A stretch of 37,016 bases of DNA, from the NCBI GenBank assembly GCA_050012475.1, contig JBEKHC010000048.1, forward strand, positions 1-37,016, in the 5' to 3' direction. This DNA is from Candidatus Velthaea sp. (GTDB lineage Bacteria; Vulcanimicrobiota; Vulcanimicrobiia; Vulcanimicrobiales; Vulcanimicrobiaceae). Of this stretch, positions 36,177-37,016 are shown piece by piece. A program made the position numbers and the translations under genes. The stretch's first letter is position 1, and each line of letters begins with the position of its first letter. The notes beneath the pieces are model-generated. The model searched no databases, was not told where the DNA came from, and was given only the letters and a program-made list of their open reading frames with translations.

Positions 36177-37016
36177 CTAACGTCTGCGATTGCTTCGCCC
36201 CGTTCGTGCCAGCCTGCGGTTCACCGCAGCGAGATCGAAGCGTTCCGGCGCAAAGTCGCGGCCGGCCCACGTGCGCATTGCGGCGTACTCTTCATGTTTG
36301 GGATTGGCAAGGATGCGGCGCAGCTCGGCGTAACCGCCGGGGCCGCCGCAATCATCGGGCGGACAAGCCCGTGCGCCATCCGTGCACCGCGGCACGATCG
36401 CTTCGGCGGGGGCGCCGACCAGCGGTTCGATCGCTTCGACGACGACATCGTGCTCCCAATTGTCGCCGAAATCGTAGTCGAATGAAAAGCGGCTCCGCGC
36501 ACGCGGTGCGATATGCGCGAGCGTGAACGAGCGTTCGTCGATCGTTTCGTCGGCGAAGTCGGGATCGGGCGCCCCATACACCGTGCCGCTGCGGCGAAAC
36601 GCGTGCAGGTGCGTGTCGTTCCAGCCCATCGCCTCGATAAGGATACGGCTTACCTGCGGGAGCTTCGTGTCGCTGGCAATCACAACGCGCCGCCACACCA
36701 CCGGCGTCACGCGCCGCAGCGTTATCTTCAGGTGATGCAACGTTGCAGCCGCGGCGGACGCGACCGCATCTTGGCCCCGTTTGTTTCGCTCGGAGCGGCT
36801 GCCACGCGTCGCGCCGGCGGCGCTCGCAGCGGTTTTCCTCGAAGGGCGGCCCCGCGCCGGTGCTGGGCGAAAAGCCTCGGAGCTCCGGTCTTGCCAGTAC
36901 GCATGGATCATGCGCACCAATGTCGGCAGCATCGTCACGAGCTCCGCCGACGCTGCCGGATCCGGCGTCGGATCGTCAACGAGCAAACCGGGTGAAGACA
37001 AGGCGAACAGCGGCGT
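36177..37016 (-). CDS. Plasmid pRiA4b ORF-3 family protein with an extra N-terminal domain (probably 5'-partial at the window edge)
   Basis: LKITL...VWRRVV, AMGW...HLH.F, YDFGDNWEH, GARACPPDDCGGPGGY and F.PERFDL; the frame stays open to the end of the window. Confidence 0.85.
   Translation of the reverse strand, partial: TPLFALSSPGLLVDDPTPDPAASAELVTMLPTLVRMIHAYWQDRSSEAFRPAPARGRPSRKTAASAAGATRGSRSERNKRGQDAVASAAAATLHHLKITLRRVTPVVWRRVVIASDTKLPQVSRILIEAMGWNDTHLHAFRRSGTVYGAPDPDFADETIDERSFTLAHIAPRARSRFSFDYDFGDNWEHDVVVEAIEPLVGAPAEAIVPRCTDGARACPPDDCGGPGGYAELRRILANPKHEEYAAMRTWAGRDFAPERFDLAAVNRRLARTGRSNRRR

Overview
GC-rich (roughly two-thirds G+C by eye) bacterial chromosomal window, possibly from a soil Terrabacteria lineage such as Eremiobacterota/Vulcanimicrobiota (a guess from gene style only). 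Core-like blocks: an MsrPQ-like Tat-lipoprotein molybdoenzyme plus cytochrome b, leucine catabolism liuCDE, an AI-2E transporter, a Crp/Fnr regulator with an exported thioredoxin, amidohydrolase-GT4, purE-purK with an acyl-CoA ligase, GH5-SDR-Na+/H+ antiporter, M48 and S53 proteases, and a metal ABC permease. Accessory patches between them: TetR/DoxX/DUF4287, a UDG-fold orphan, an MCP-PilZ chemoreceptor, CZB, ArsR/SRPBCC, TetR/NmrA, vapBC, ECF sigma/VOC and a pRiA4b ORF-3 protein. No rRNA, tRNA, CRISPR array or transposase was seen. Best non-obvious signals: (1) the same GTAAG-N4-CTTAC palindrome at the class II (-41.5) position upstream of both the crp-thioredoxin operon and the msrPQ-like operon 9.5 kb away, suggesting a Crp-family envelope-redox regulon; (2) a ~200-nt structured, possibly switchable RNA in front of a 53-aa Arg-rich orphan; (3) a metal ABC operon whose binding-protein and ATPase genes have shrunk to mini-ORFs that still keep GTGA coupling to an intact permease; (4) a frameshifted vapC; (5) MCP-PilZ, SDR-winged-helix-like and YecA-like/pRiA4b fusions.
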